From positions 96,001-160,000 of the forward strand of contig JBBIJY010000002.1 of assembly GCA_037445735.1 (NCBI GenBank): 64,000 nt of DNA. Reading direction: 5' to 3'. Within the stretch, counting starts at the first letter, position 1; every line of letters begins with the position of its first letter. The notes beneath the pieces were generated by a model. It saw only the letters and a list, made by a program, of their open reading frames with translations. It was not told where the DNA came from and searched no databases. This document shows positions 1 through 8,908 of this stretch, in pieces. This stretch comes from Armatimonadota bacterium. GTDB lineage: Bacteria; Armatimonadota; Fimbriimonadia; Fimbriimonadales; GBS-DC. Made by a program: the position numbers and the translations under genes.

Positions 1-55
1 CATTTGGGCGTCGAATGGGGTATAATAGTCCTGTGCAGGTGTTCGAGGGGCGCTC

Positions 56-85
56 TGGACATGCTCGCCGCGCCTGTGGTATAAT
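56..85 (+). promoter_or_regulatory. Putative sigma70 promoter (TGGACA-18 bp-TATAAT, extended -10); a second TATAAT lies at 21-26
   Basis: TGGACA at 56-61, TG at 77-78, TATAAT at 80-85. AAGGAGG RBS at 139-145 precedes ATG 155. Confidence 0.6.
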
Positions 86-154
86 AGGTGTGGTAGGTGT
101 TCGGGAGGATGCGCTCCCAATCCAGAAACACCTGCCGAAAGGAGGAACGGTGAT

Positions 155-1288
155 ATGATGAATCGATGGCTAATGGCTTGTACGGCAGGCGCCATTCTGT
201 GCGCCACTTTTGCGTATGCGGACGGACGGAAGTCCGAACAACTCCAGTTGTTCGACGCGAACTCGTTGCAGATGGTTATGCCCAAGCGCATGATGAAGGT
301 GCGCTGGGAGAACGGGCGAATCGTGCCCGTCACCCCGTGGATTGAGCTGGGCGACTATGCGCCCGCCGGACCCTGTGATACATCCGGAGCAACCGAAACG
401 CTGGTCTTCTCCCATGCTCCTGTTAACGCCAACACAGGCTCATTTGATTCCAGCGTGCAGGTCTGCATCCCAGGAAGCATATTCTACTTTGGACCAACCT
501 ATCACAACCCCTACTACGCGAACGACATCGAATCGCTGGTGGATTCCTCTTTCGATGGGGCAACCGCTACTTCGTTAACCCATCTCTGGTTCTGGAACCC
601 TAACTTGACGGATCCAGCCAGTGGTTCTCAACAGTGTTTCATTTTGATCGCCACAGCGGAGCAGTTTGATGTCGAGTGCCAGGTGGTGCATCAGACCTCG
701 GTTGTTGACGCCATACTGCTGGATTACGGCACGCTCAACGCAGGCGGTTACATCTCCTCAGTTTGCTTGAGCGCCGTTGGTGGTCTCCAGTTGCCTGCTA
801 CGCCTGCCGATGATGGGGATACAGGCACGGAGGTGCTGGGTGGTTATCTGGTTGTTTATGGACAAGCGTACGATCCTAACGCCAATCAATTGACGCTGGC
901 ATCAGGGGCTCAGCCGTTTCTCTGGCATACCGCCCTGAACAACCCTCAAAATGGCAGTTCCACCAGCACCCAATTTGACGATGACAACCCAACGGACGGC
1001 AACCATACATCTCCCACTGAATGCTATGACTACACCTTTAACCTCAGCAGCTCTGGCTGTCCCAACCCGAGCCTGCTGGGTGGTACAATCGCGTTCTGGG
1101 CGCAGGCAGCAGGCTGCCAGCCCAGCGGCGGGGATGTGGACGGCAACGGCTGTGTGGATGACGCCGACCTGCTGGCTGTGCTGTTCGCCTTCGGCGGGCA
1201 GGGCGGTCCCGAGGATGTCAACTGCGACGGCGTGGTGGACGACGCCGACCTGCTGGAGGTTCTTTTCAACTTCGGCAGCGGGTGCTAA
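155..1288 (+). CDS. Secreted protein with C-terminal dockerin-like (double EF-hand-like) domain
   Basis: Signal peptide (MMNRWLMACTAGAILCATFAYA), strong RBS, C-terminal GDVDGNGCVDDADLL...EDVNCDGVVDDADLL duplication. Confidence 0.85.
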   Translation: MMNRWLMACTAGAILCATFAYADGRKSEQLQLFDANSLQMVMPKRMMKVRWENGRIVPVTPWIELGDYAPAGPCDTSGATETLVFSHAPVNANTGSFDSSVQVCIPGSIFYFGPTYHNPYYANDIESLVDSSFDGATATSLTHLWFWNPNLTDPASGSQQCFILIATAEQFDVECQVVHQTSVVDAILLDYGTLNAGGYISSVCLSAVGGLQLPATPADDGDTGTEVLGGYLVVYGQAYDPNANQLTLASGAQPFLWHTALNNPQNGSSTSTQFDDDNPTDGNHTSPTECYDYTFNLSSSGCPNPSLLGGTIAFWAQAAGCQPSGGDVDGNGCVDDADLLAVLFAFGGQGGPEDVNCDGVVDDADLLEVLFNFGSGC

Positions 1289-1293
1289 ATCGT

Positions 1294-1337
1294 CCCTCAC
1301 CCCCTTCCCCCTCTCCCGAAGCTGCGGGAGAGGGGGG
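1294..1337. repeat. REP-like palindrome (CCCTCACCCC...CCCTCTCCC-loop-GGGAGAGGG family); may also act as a terminator
   Basis: ccccctctcccg-aagctg-cgggagaggggg hairpin just after the stop codon. Same family recurs at ~5.6, 35.6, 50.3 and 51.1-51.4 kb. Confidence 0.75.
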
Positions 1338-1520
1338 TTGCTCCTCACTCCTTTCTTCTTCAAGGTTAGAGACTGTCTAACACTCCACTGGTAGGGGGCG
1401 GTCACCGTGCCCGTACAATCACGCCCTTGCCATCGCGCCCCCGCGCTCGTACAATGCCATCTCCTCATAAAAACAGGAGAACGCGATTGCGCATAGAAAT
1501 AGCAACTGGAGGTGCGATCG

Positions 1521-3296
1521 ATGATGGTGGACACCCTGCCGAAGGCGTTTCTGCGCAGTGTGGAGCAGCACGCCGAGAAACCTGCCCTGCTGGTCAAGCG
1601 CGACCGCGAATATCACCCCATTACCTATCGGGAACTCTATCGGCGCGTGTTCGCCTGTGCGCGCGGCTTGCACGCGCTGGAGGTGCGCGCGGGCGACCGC
1701 GTGGCGATCCTCGCCGAAAATGGACCCGAATGGGCAATCACCGACTGGGCGAACCTGTGTCTGGGCGTGCTCACTGTGCCCATCTACTCCACCCTGACCG
1801 CCCAGCAGGTGGCTGACATCCTGCGCGATGCCGAACCTGTCGCGATGCTGGTCAGCGATAAACGCCAGCTGCGCAAAGCGCGCGAGGCGCTCGAAGAGAC
1901 GGGACTGACGCTCAAACTCATCAGCATCCAGCCCGACGAAACGGGCACCGCCACCACCTTCGAGGAGCTGCTCCAGCTGCCCGGCGAGCTGACCGAATCG
2001 CAGTTTCAACGCATTGCCTGCAGTATTGAACCCGACGAGGTGGCAACCCTCATCTACACTTCGGGCACCACTGGCGAGCCGAAAGGCGCGATGCTCACCC
2101 ACCGCAACTTCATCTCCAATATTGAGGCGTGCCTGGAAGTGATCCCGATCCAGCCGAACGATATCCTGCTCTCATTTTTGCCGTTGAGCCATGTGTTCGA
2201 GCGGTGTTGCGGGCACTTTCTGCCCATCTATGCGGGGCTGACCATTGCCTATGCGGAGAGCCTGTTCACGCTGGCTGCCGATATGCTGCAGGTGCGCCCC
2301 ACCATGATGCTGGGCGTGCCACGCTTCTTTGAATCGGTGCGCGATCGGATTCTCAACTCTGTTCGGGAGCAGACGCCCCTGAAACAGCGGCTGTTCTGGC
2401 AGGCGCATTCAGTGGGCAAGGTGGTCTCCCGCTGCTGGCGTGAGGGGCGACCAAGCCCCTTCCTCACCCGCCTGCTGCATGCCGTTCTGGATCGGCTGGT
2501 GGGCGAGAAGATTCGGGCGCGCACGGGCGGACGCCTGCGCATGTTCATCTCGGGCGGTGCCGCCCTGCCCGGAGAGATTGCCGAATTCTTCCACGCCTTC
2601 GGCATCCTCATTCTGGAAGGCTATGGGCTGACCGAGACCAGCCCCGTGCTGACCGTGAACCCGCCCCATGCACCCCGATTCGGCAGTGTGGGCAAGCCCA
2701 TCCCCGGCGTGGAGATTCGCATCGCCGAAGACGGCGAGATTCTGGCGCGCGGTCCGAACATCATGAAGGGCTACTACAAAAAGCCCGAAGCGACCGCTGC
2801 CGTGATCGACCCCGACGGCTGGTTCCACACGGGCGATATCGGCTATCTTGACGCGCAGGGCTACCTCTACATCACCGACCGCAAGAAAGACATCCTTGTG
2901 CTGGCGAACGGCAAGAATGTGGCGCCTCAGCGCATCGAGAACCTGCTGCGTGCCAGCCCCTACATTCAGGAAGCGGTCGTGTTCGGCGACGGCATGAGCG
3001 CGCCCGTCGCGCTGATTGTGCCCGATATGGAGCGCCTCAAAGAGTACGCCCATCAGCAGGAACTGGACACCACCGACATCCGCAGCCTGCTGGAGCATGA
3101 CATGGTTCTGCGGCTCTATCGGCAGGAGATCGAGAAGGTCAACCGCGAGCTGGCGGATTTCGAGAGGGTGAAGGCATTTCGGCTGCTGCCCAACCCCTTT
3201 ACCATCGAAGGCGGCGAGTTGACCCCCACCCTGAAGGTCAAACGGCGTGTGGTCGCCCAGAAATATGCGGCGCTGATTCAGGAGATGGCGCGGTAG
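1521..3296 (+). CDS. fadD: Long-chain fatty acid--CoA ligase (AMP-binding family)
   Basis: YTSGTTGEPKG, GYGLTET and GWFHTGDIG adenylate-forming motifs. GGAGG RBS before ATG 1521. Confidence 0.9.
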   Translation: MMVDTLPKAFLRSVEQHAEKPALLVKRDREYHPITYRELYRRVFACARGLHALEVRAGDRVAILAENGPEWAITDWANLCLGVLTVPIYSTLTAQQVADILRDAEPVAMLVSDKRQLRKAREALEETGLTLKLISIQPDETGTATTFEELLQLPGELTESQFQRIACSIEPDEVATLIYTSGTTGEPKGAMLTHRNFISNIEACLEVIPIQPNDILLSFLPLSHVFERCCGHFLPIYAGLTIAYAESLFTLAADMLQVRPTMMLGVPRFFESVRDRILNSVREQTPLKQRLFWQAHSVGKVVSRCWREGRPSPFLTRLLHAVLDRLVGEKIRARTGGRLRMFISGGAALPGEIAEFFHAFGILILEGYGLTETSPVLTVNPPHAPRFGSVGKPIPGVEIRIAEDGEILARGPNIMKGYYKKPEATAAVIDPDGWFHTGDIGYLDAQGYLYITDRKKDILVLANGKNVAPQRIENLLRASPYIQEAVVFGDGMSAPVALIVPDMERLKEYAHQQELDTTDIRSLLEHDMVLRLYRQEIEKVNRELADFERVKAFRLLPNPFTIEGGELTPTLKVKRRVVAQKYAALIQEMAR

Positions 3297-3305
3297 AATC
3301 TCGCT

Positions 3306-4094
3306 ATGCAACTCACTCAGGTCTGGCAAGAGGCGCTGCCTGCCGACACGCTCAGCTTCGATGTGCTGGCGCTGCCGCGTCAGCCGACAATGCTGGTCAC
3401 GCTCGACGAGCAGCGCATCCGCTTCCATCAGTGGCGTTCCGGCGCGTTTCAGGAGGTGCGCACCGAGCCGTGCCGGCTCCAGCGCGAGCTTTTCTGCCTG
3501 TCCAACCCGCCTGGGGGTAAGCCGATTATCTACACTGACGGCAGGGGCTTCGAATGGGGCGAGAAGGCGCTGACGCCCATCATCCCGACGCGCACCGTGC
3601 CCATCGGACGCCTGGTGGACGACGAGGGTCGCACACGCATCCTGGGCTTTGATCATGAGGAGGAGTCGCCCGTCTACTACATCCCGGATAAGCTCGAACT
3701 GGAGGACACCCTGCTGTTCACGCCCGATGATCTGTTTGGTAGCAGGGTGCTGAGCGCGGTGATGGCGATTCCGCGCCTGGCGCGGGCGTGGAGCGCGTTC
3801 TACAGCGCGGGCTATCGTTTCGTGTGCCTGTTGCGGAGTGATAAGAAGCAGCCTCTGCGCGTGTATGGGGTGGCGCCGAACCGAATCGCATGGCTGGAGC
3901 TGCGTAGCGGGCGACCCTACCCGCGCTGGTCGATGCGCCTGGAAAGCATTGGCACATCGCGCAAAGAGCAGTCCCTTATCGTGCGCATGGGCGACCCGAA
4001 AGACGAGGGCAAACTGCTCCTGCTGGTGATGCAGGCGACCGCGAACCGCGTGCTGCTGCGAGCATTCGCACCCATCGGCATCAGGCAGGAATGA
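3306..4094 (+). CDS. Hypothetical protein
   Basis: 262-aa ORF filling the gap between fadD and radA; TAGAAT 6 nt upstream of the ATG. No family recognised. Confidence 0.6.
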   Translation: MQLTQVWQEALPADTLSFDVLALPRQPTMLVTLDEQRIRFHQWRSGAFQEVRTEPCRLQRELFCLSNPPGGKPIIYTDGRGFEWGEKALTPIIPTRTVPIGRLVDDEGRTRILGFDHEEESPVYYIPDKLELEDTLLFTPDDLFGSRVLSAVMAIPRLARAWSAFYSAGYRFVCLLRSDKKQPLRVYGVAPNRIAWLELRSGRPYPRWSMRLESIGTSRKEQSLIVRMGDPKDEGKLLLLVMQATANRVLLRAFAPIGIRQE

Positions 4095-4190
4095 TGCGAT
4101 GGCTATCATACCTGAGCGCGCACAGCCAGCTATTTGAGCAAGCAGTGCGCCAGATTGAGGGTATCCCGGAAGAGGTACAGTGTATCAACG

Positions 4191-5576
4191 ATGGCAAGGG
4201 CACGAGTGCAATATGTGTGTGCGAACTGCGGGTACACCGCGCCGCGCTGGGTGGGACGCTGCCCTGAATGCGGCGAGTGGAACACCCTGCAGGAGGAATC
4301 GGTCGGCGTCGTACAGCGGTCGCCCCGGCGCGGCAGCGGTCAGACGGTGGTCAAGCCCCTGCTCGCCATGCCCATCACTGCCCTCCCTGAAGAGACCGAA
4401 GCTCACATCCCCACCGGGCTGGAGGAGTTCGACCGCGTGCTGGGCGGTGGCATCGTGCGCGGCGCGATGGTGCTGATCGGCGGCGAGCCGGGCGTCGGCA
4501 AAAGCACGCTGATGCTGCAAATCGCCCATCGGCTGGCACAGTATGGAACCGTGCTGTACATCACAGGTGAGGAATCGGTTCGCCAGCTGCGCCTGCGCGC
4601 CCGCCGCCTGCAGACCGAGCATCCGAACCTGAAGGTCGCCGCAGGCAACGAGCTGGAGAGTGTTCTGGCGCTTCTGGAGAGTGAACTGCCCTTCGCGGCG
4701 ATTATCGACTCCATCCAGACGCTCTACACGCCCGCTGTGGACGCCGTGCCGGGCACCGTCTCGCAGATTCGAACCTGCGCCAGCGCGCTGCAACAGCGCG
4801 CCAAAGCACACGAAATCACGCTGTTTTTGATCGGGCATGTTACCAAAGAGGGCGCGATCGCCGGACCGAAGGTGCTGGAGCATCTGGTCGACACGGTTCT
4901 CTATTTTGAGGGCGAGCCGCAGGGCGCGTTCCGCATTCTGCGGGCGACCAAGAATCGGTTTGGGGCGACCGACGAGATTGGCGTGTTCGATTTGCGGGCG
5001 GAGGGGCTGGTTCCCGTGCCGAACCCGTCGGAGCTGCTGCTGGCGGAGCGGGCTACCGACGCGCCCGGCTCGGTGGTGTTCCCTGCGCTGGAGGGCAGTC
5101 GCGCCCTGTTGATGGAGATTCAGGCGCTGACCACGCCCTCGTTTCTGAACACGCCGCGCCGCGTCATCACGGGGTTGAGCTACGAGCGGGTGAGTCTTGT
5201 GCTGGCGGTACTGGAGAAGCGACTGGGCTACCGTATGATCTCGCACGATGTGTTTGTGAATGTGGCGGGCGGGTTGCGCCTGCAGGAGCCGGCGGCGGAT
5301 CTGGCGGTGCTGGTGGCGGTCGCCTCCGCGATGCGCGATCAGCCGTTGCGCCCCGATCTGGTGGTGTTTGGCGAGGTGGGGCTGGGCGGCGAGGTGCGGG
5401 GCGTGCCGCGCATGGAGGCTCGCCTGCGCGAAGCGGCTCGCATGGGCTTCCGCTACGCGCTCGTGCCCCACAGCAATCTCCAGCGCCCGCACGAACGGCT
5501 CCCGCTCAGCGCGTTCCCCGTCCGCCACGCCCGCGAAGCCATCGCCCAGGCGCTATCGCACGCCGAATCCGTTTAG
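4191..5576 (+). CDS. radA: DNA repair protein RadA/Sms
   Basis: CxxC...CxxC zinc finger, Walker A GEPGVGKST, KNRFG motif, Lon-like C-terminus. Confidence 0.95.
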   Translation: MARARVQYVCANCGYTAPRWVGRCPECGEWNTLQEESVGVVQRSPRRGSGQTVVKPLLAMPITALPEETEAHIPTGLEEFDRVLGGGIVRGAMVLIGGEPGVGKSTLMLQIAHRLAQYGTVLYITGEESVRQLRLRARRLQTEHPNLKVAAGNELESVLALLESELPFAAIIDSIQTLYTPAVDAVPGTVSQIRTCASALQQRAKAHEITLFLIGHVTKEGAIAGPKVLEHLVDTVLYFEGEPQGAFRILRATKNRFGATDEIGVFDLRAEGLVPVPNPSELLLAERATDAPGSVVFPALEGSRALLMEIQALTTPSFLNTPRRVITGLSYERVSLVLAVLEKRLGYRMISHDVFVNVAGGLRLQEPAADLAVLVAVASAMRDQPLRPDLVVFGEVGLGGEVRGVPRMEARLREAARMGFRYALVPHSNLQRPHERLPLSAFPVRHAREAIAQALSHAESV

Positions 5577-5730
5577 CCCCTCTCCCCCAGCGGGGGCGAG
5601 GGTACGGGTGAGGGGGCAGGCGTGCCAGCGTGTGGATGAAAACCCCTCACCCCAGCCCTCTCCCCAGAGGGGAGAGGGCGTCGTTCAAGCCCCTCTCCCC
5701 CAGCGGGGGAGAGGGTACGGGTGAGGGGGC
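5577..5730. repeat. Cluster of three REP-like palindromes in alternating orientation (BIME-like) between convergent genes
   Basis: Three CCCTCTCCC/GGGAGAGGG-type hairpins with GGGTGAGGG or CCCTCACCC tails. Confidence 0.8.
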
Positions 5731-5736
5731 TGAACC

Positions 5737-7743
5737 TCACTGATCCCAGCCTAAATGCCCATTAATGGAGATGGTGTACACCGCCTGACCTGTCACCAGC
5801 CGATAGACGGCTAATGGCGTGTCCACCGCAAACTCCGCCAGGATCACCCCCAGCGCAATCGCCCGCAGCTTCTCATAGCCTGGTAAGCCCCAGTAGCGGT
5901 TCACAAACAGCTTGATAATCAGCACCATTAGCAGCCCGAACCAGATGTAGTCGATGCCGAAGTTCATCGAGAGCGCGTAGCCCGCGGGATGGATCGGGAA
6001 GCCCGGCACGCGATAGCGAACGAAATCGAGCAGCAGCACGAAACAGAACGCGCCCGTGAAGAACGCCATCGCCGTTACATTCGGCGGGTAGCGGTTATCG
6101 GCTAACTGCGTGATGACGCCCGCCATGCCGCCCGCCCAGTCCGGTGCACCGTCCCGATAGAACCGATTCACGCTGAACAGCTCGCCCAGAAAGATGCCCG
6201 TTAGCACCGCCGTCGTAATCACAAAAAACAGCCCACGCTGATTGAGGCGGGCAATCTCGCCCATCTTCATCGCCTCCAGCTCGTACGGCATCGGATGCGT
6301 GCGGTGCAAACGGTTCATAAAATGGAAGGTGGTCATCAGGCGAGCGATGGTCGATTCGGAGAGATTCTGCGTGCCCGTGAAGGCAATCATCAGCTGGTGC
6401 GGTCCCATGAACGCCATCTCGTGGATGGGTGCGCCCAGCTGCGCCCGCAGCCGCGTCACAATCACGCTGAACGCCATATAGAGCGCCACATAGATGGTCA
6501 CCAGCCACCAGGGTAGCCCCACCGCCACGCCCAGCCCGATCAGCAGACCCAGACTGAGAATCAGCCCGATGAACGCCCAGCGCGCGGAGAGCGCGTAGCC
6601 CGCGTCGGGATTGAACCCTGTGCGAATCTCGTTCCAGATTTCTTTCAGGTAGCCGCGCGACGCCCACACCACGCTCACGAACAGCCCCAGAAATGCGCCC
6701 CACGACTGCTCGCTGAAATAGGGTGGCTGCGGTACCAGATAGCCCCCACCAAACACGCCCTGCTCGTAGCCCATCGCCGCCGTAATCACCTGCATCCCCT
6801 TGCGCACAAAGTAGAACAGAATGCACGAAAAGAGCAGGTCATTCGGCACGAACACGCCAATCGCCGTCATATAGGGGAACAGCCCCATCGGTATCCAGCC
6901 GACCTGATTCCAGGGCGGGCTTTGCAGGTACTCGTTCAATCGCGCCAGAAAGCGCACCTTGATGGGCGGGATCCACGGATAGAAGAAGTTGAGCGCGTTC
7001 AGCGTGTCGATGGCAGCCATCACGAGGAAGCCACCCCAGAGATATTTGCTGCGCCAGAGCGGCGCCTGCGGCTGGCACAGCAGCATCGGCACCTGCAGAA
7101 TGGGGAACGCCAGCCGCTCCTGCTGAGTCCACAGCCGCCGCATCAGCGCATTAATGCAGAGCATCGCCAGCGCCGCCGAGCCGAACAGCCCCATCCAGCC
7201 CAGAAAGATGGGCAACCACAGCGGCAACTTCATCAGCACATAGGGCATCCCGTGCCCGCCCTGACCGTAATCCTGCAGCGGATCCCCGCTTTTGAAGAAG
7301 AGCCAGCCGGCAACATGGGGCAGCACGCGCGTCTTGTAGGTGTCGTTCTGGTCGGCATACAGCCCGAAGGCGTGCCAGAGCGGTGAGACGACCGCCATCC
7401 ACTCCGCCGACATCGCCGTGCCCACAAACAGAATGCTGAACAGCAGCACCAGATCGGGCGTGCGCAGAAACCAGCGACGGGTCAGTCCGTAGCCGATGGC
7501 GTTCAGCAGGGCAACCGCCATCAGCGCGGAGACAGGCGGGATAATCAGCGAGAAGATGACGCTCACCACGCTCTCCACCGCCCAGTAGGTGGTGAACGGC
7601 AACAGGGCGAACCCGATCAGCAGCGCTCGCAACCGAATCGGGTTCGCCTGTTCCGATGGAGCCACCTCGCTCACAGCGGAGACCATCGCCTCCGATGAGG
7701 GCTTCGTTTGCATCGATGTACGCTTCGATTCGCCCTGCGCCAT
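5737..7743 (-). CDS. Large polytopic membrane protein, DUF6785/DUF6784-like (possible transporter)
   Basis: Many hydrophobic segments; ERLAFPILQVP and FPIHPAGYAL motifs that I recall from this family. Start uncertain. Confidence 0.65.
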   Translation of the reverse strand: MAQGESKRTSMQTKPSSEAMVSAVSEVAPSEQANPIRLRALLIGFALLPFTTYWAVESVVSVIFSLIIPPVSALMAVALLNAIGYGLTRRWFLRTPDLVLLFSILFVGTAMSAEWMAVVSPLWHAFGLYADQNDTYKTRVLPHVAGWLFFKSGDPLQDYGQGGHGMPYVLMKLPLWLPIFLGWMGLFGSAALAMLCINALMRRLWTQQERLAFPILQVPMLLCQPQAPLWRSKYLWGGFLVMAAIDTLNALNFFYPWIPPIKVRFLARLNEYLQSPPWNQVGWIPMGLFPYMTAIGVFVPNDLLFSCILFYFVRKGMQVITAAMGYEQGVFGGGYLVPQPPYFSEQSWGAFLGLFVSVVWASRGYLKEIWNEIRTGFNPDAGYALSARWAFIGLILSLGLLIGLGVAVGLPWWLVTIYVALYMAFSVIVTRLRAQLGAPIHEMAFMGPHQLMIAFTGTQNLSESTIARLMTTFHFMNRLHRTHPMPYELEAMKMGEIARLNQRGLFFVITTAVLTGIFLGELFSVNRFYRDGAPDWAGGMAGVITQLADNRYPPNVTAMAFFTGAFCFVLLLDFVRYRVPGFPIHPAGYALSMNFGIDYIWFGLLMVLIIKLFVNRYWGLPGYEKLRAIALGVILAEFAVDTPLAVYRLVTGQAVYTISINGHLGWDQ

Positions 7744-7765
7744 CAATTGTCCTGCCCGCACGGGC

Positions 7766-8884
7766 TTATCCGAGTCGGTTCAGGCGCACGCGATAGATAT
7801 GGGCGGACGCCTCGCGCGGGATGCCGCCGCGTGCCAGCACGCGCTCGATCTGTTCCTGCGAGATTCGCGCGTCGGGGATGGGCGGCACAATCGCGCTGAC
7901 GCGACCCTGCCACTCGACCAGCACGGCGTCGCGCTGGGGATCCACCTGCGCCCCCTCCCGCAACGGCTCATACGACTCCACCAGATAGACCACATAGCGC
8001 AGGGTGGGCAGCTCATGCGGCTCCACCGGCGGGCGGTGCGGGTCCAGCAGGGCGGCGCGTGTGGCATGGTGGATAATCTCGTGGGCGCGGGTCGGCTTCT
8101 GCGGTTTCAGGCTGCCCATCAGCCCACGCAGTTGCTCGTCCTGATAGAGCGCGACGAACACACTGCCTGGCTCTCGCAGCGCCTTCGGCAGGCGCCGCAG
8201 GTCAGGCTCAATCAGCGTGCCCTCCTGCACGAACCGCTCCACCGCTGCCTGTGCCAGCTGCAGGCAAGCCGTCTCCAGCGACGGCTCCGTTTTGCGCCAT
8301 GTGAGGCGTGGCTCCTGACCGCGCAGGATGCGCTGGATGTTGGCGCGATGGCGGAACACCACAATCGCCGCCGCGACCGCCAGAATCGCGACGGCAGCGG
8401 GCGAGTGCCCGAACCAGTAGGCGGCAATCGGCACGGTGATCGCGCCCAGAATGGAGCCGAGCGAGACCCAGCGGGTCAGCCCGAAGGCGGTCAGCCACAC
8501 GACAAAGGCGACGCCAGCGGTCGCAGGCGCAGCGGCTAACAGCACGCCCAGCCCCGTCGCGATGCCCTTGCCGCCCCGAAAGCGCATAAAGGGCGAGAAG
8601 GTGTGCCCCAGTATCGCCGCCGCGCCGATTAGCAAAGCGTCCACATCGCTCTGGGTGGCACGAGCCACCACAAAGGTGGGCAGCCAGCCCTTGAAGGCGT
8701 CCAGCAGCAGCACCGCCACGCCTGCCTTCGCGCCCAGCACACGGAACACATTCGTTGCGCCGATATTGCCGCTCCCATGCTGGCGGATATCGACCCCGCG
8801 CAGGCGCCCCACCCAGTAGCCGAACGGTAGCGAGCCGATACCGAACGCCACCAGCATCGCTCCAAGCAGCGCGTACCACTCCAT
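7766..8884 (-). CDS. plsY: Glycerol-3-phosphate acyltransferase PlsY fused to a C-terminal AMMECR1-like domain
   Basis: PlsY motifs GSGNIGATNVFR, GHTFSPF..FRGGKGIATG and RHRANIQR, then VFVALYQDEQLRGLMGSL...AALLDPHRPPVEPHEL (AMMECR1-like). Confidence 0.85.
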   Translation of the reverse strand: MEWYALLGAMLVAFGIGSLPFGYWVGRLRGVDIRQHGSGNIGATNVFRVLGAKAGVAVLLLDAFKGWLPTFVVARATQSDVDALLIGAAAILGHTFSPFMRFRGGKGIATGLGVLLAAAPATAGVAFVVWLTAFGLTRWVSLGSILGAITVPIAAYWFGHSPAAVAILAVAAAIVVFRHRANIQRILRGQEPRLTWRKTEPSLETACLQLAQAAVERFVQEGTLIEPDLRRLPKALREPGSVFVALYQDEQLRGLMGSLKPQKPTRAHEIIHHATRAALLDPHRPPVEPHELPTLRYVVYLVESYEPLREGAQVDPQRDAVLVEWQGRVSAIVPPIPDARISQEQIERVLARGGIPREASAHIYRVRLNRLG

Positions 8885-8908
8885 CCCAGCAGATTATACC
8901 GCAGGCTT

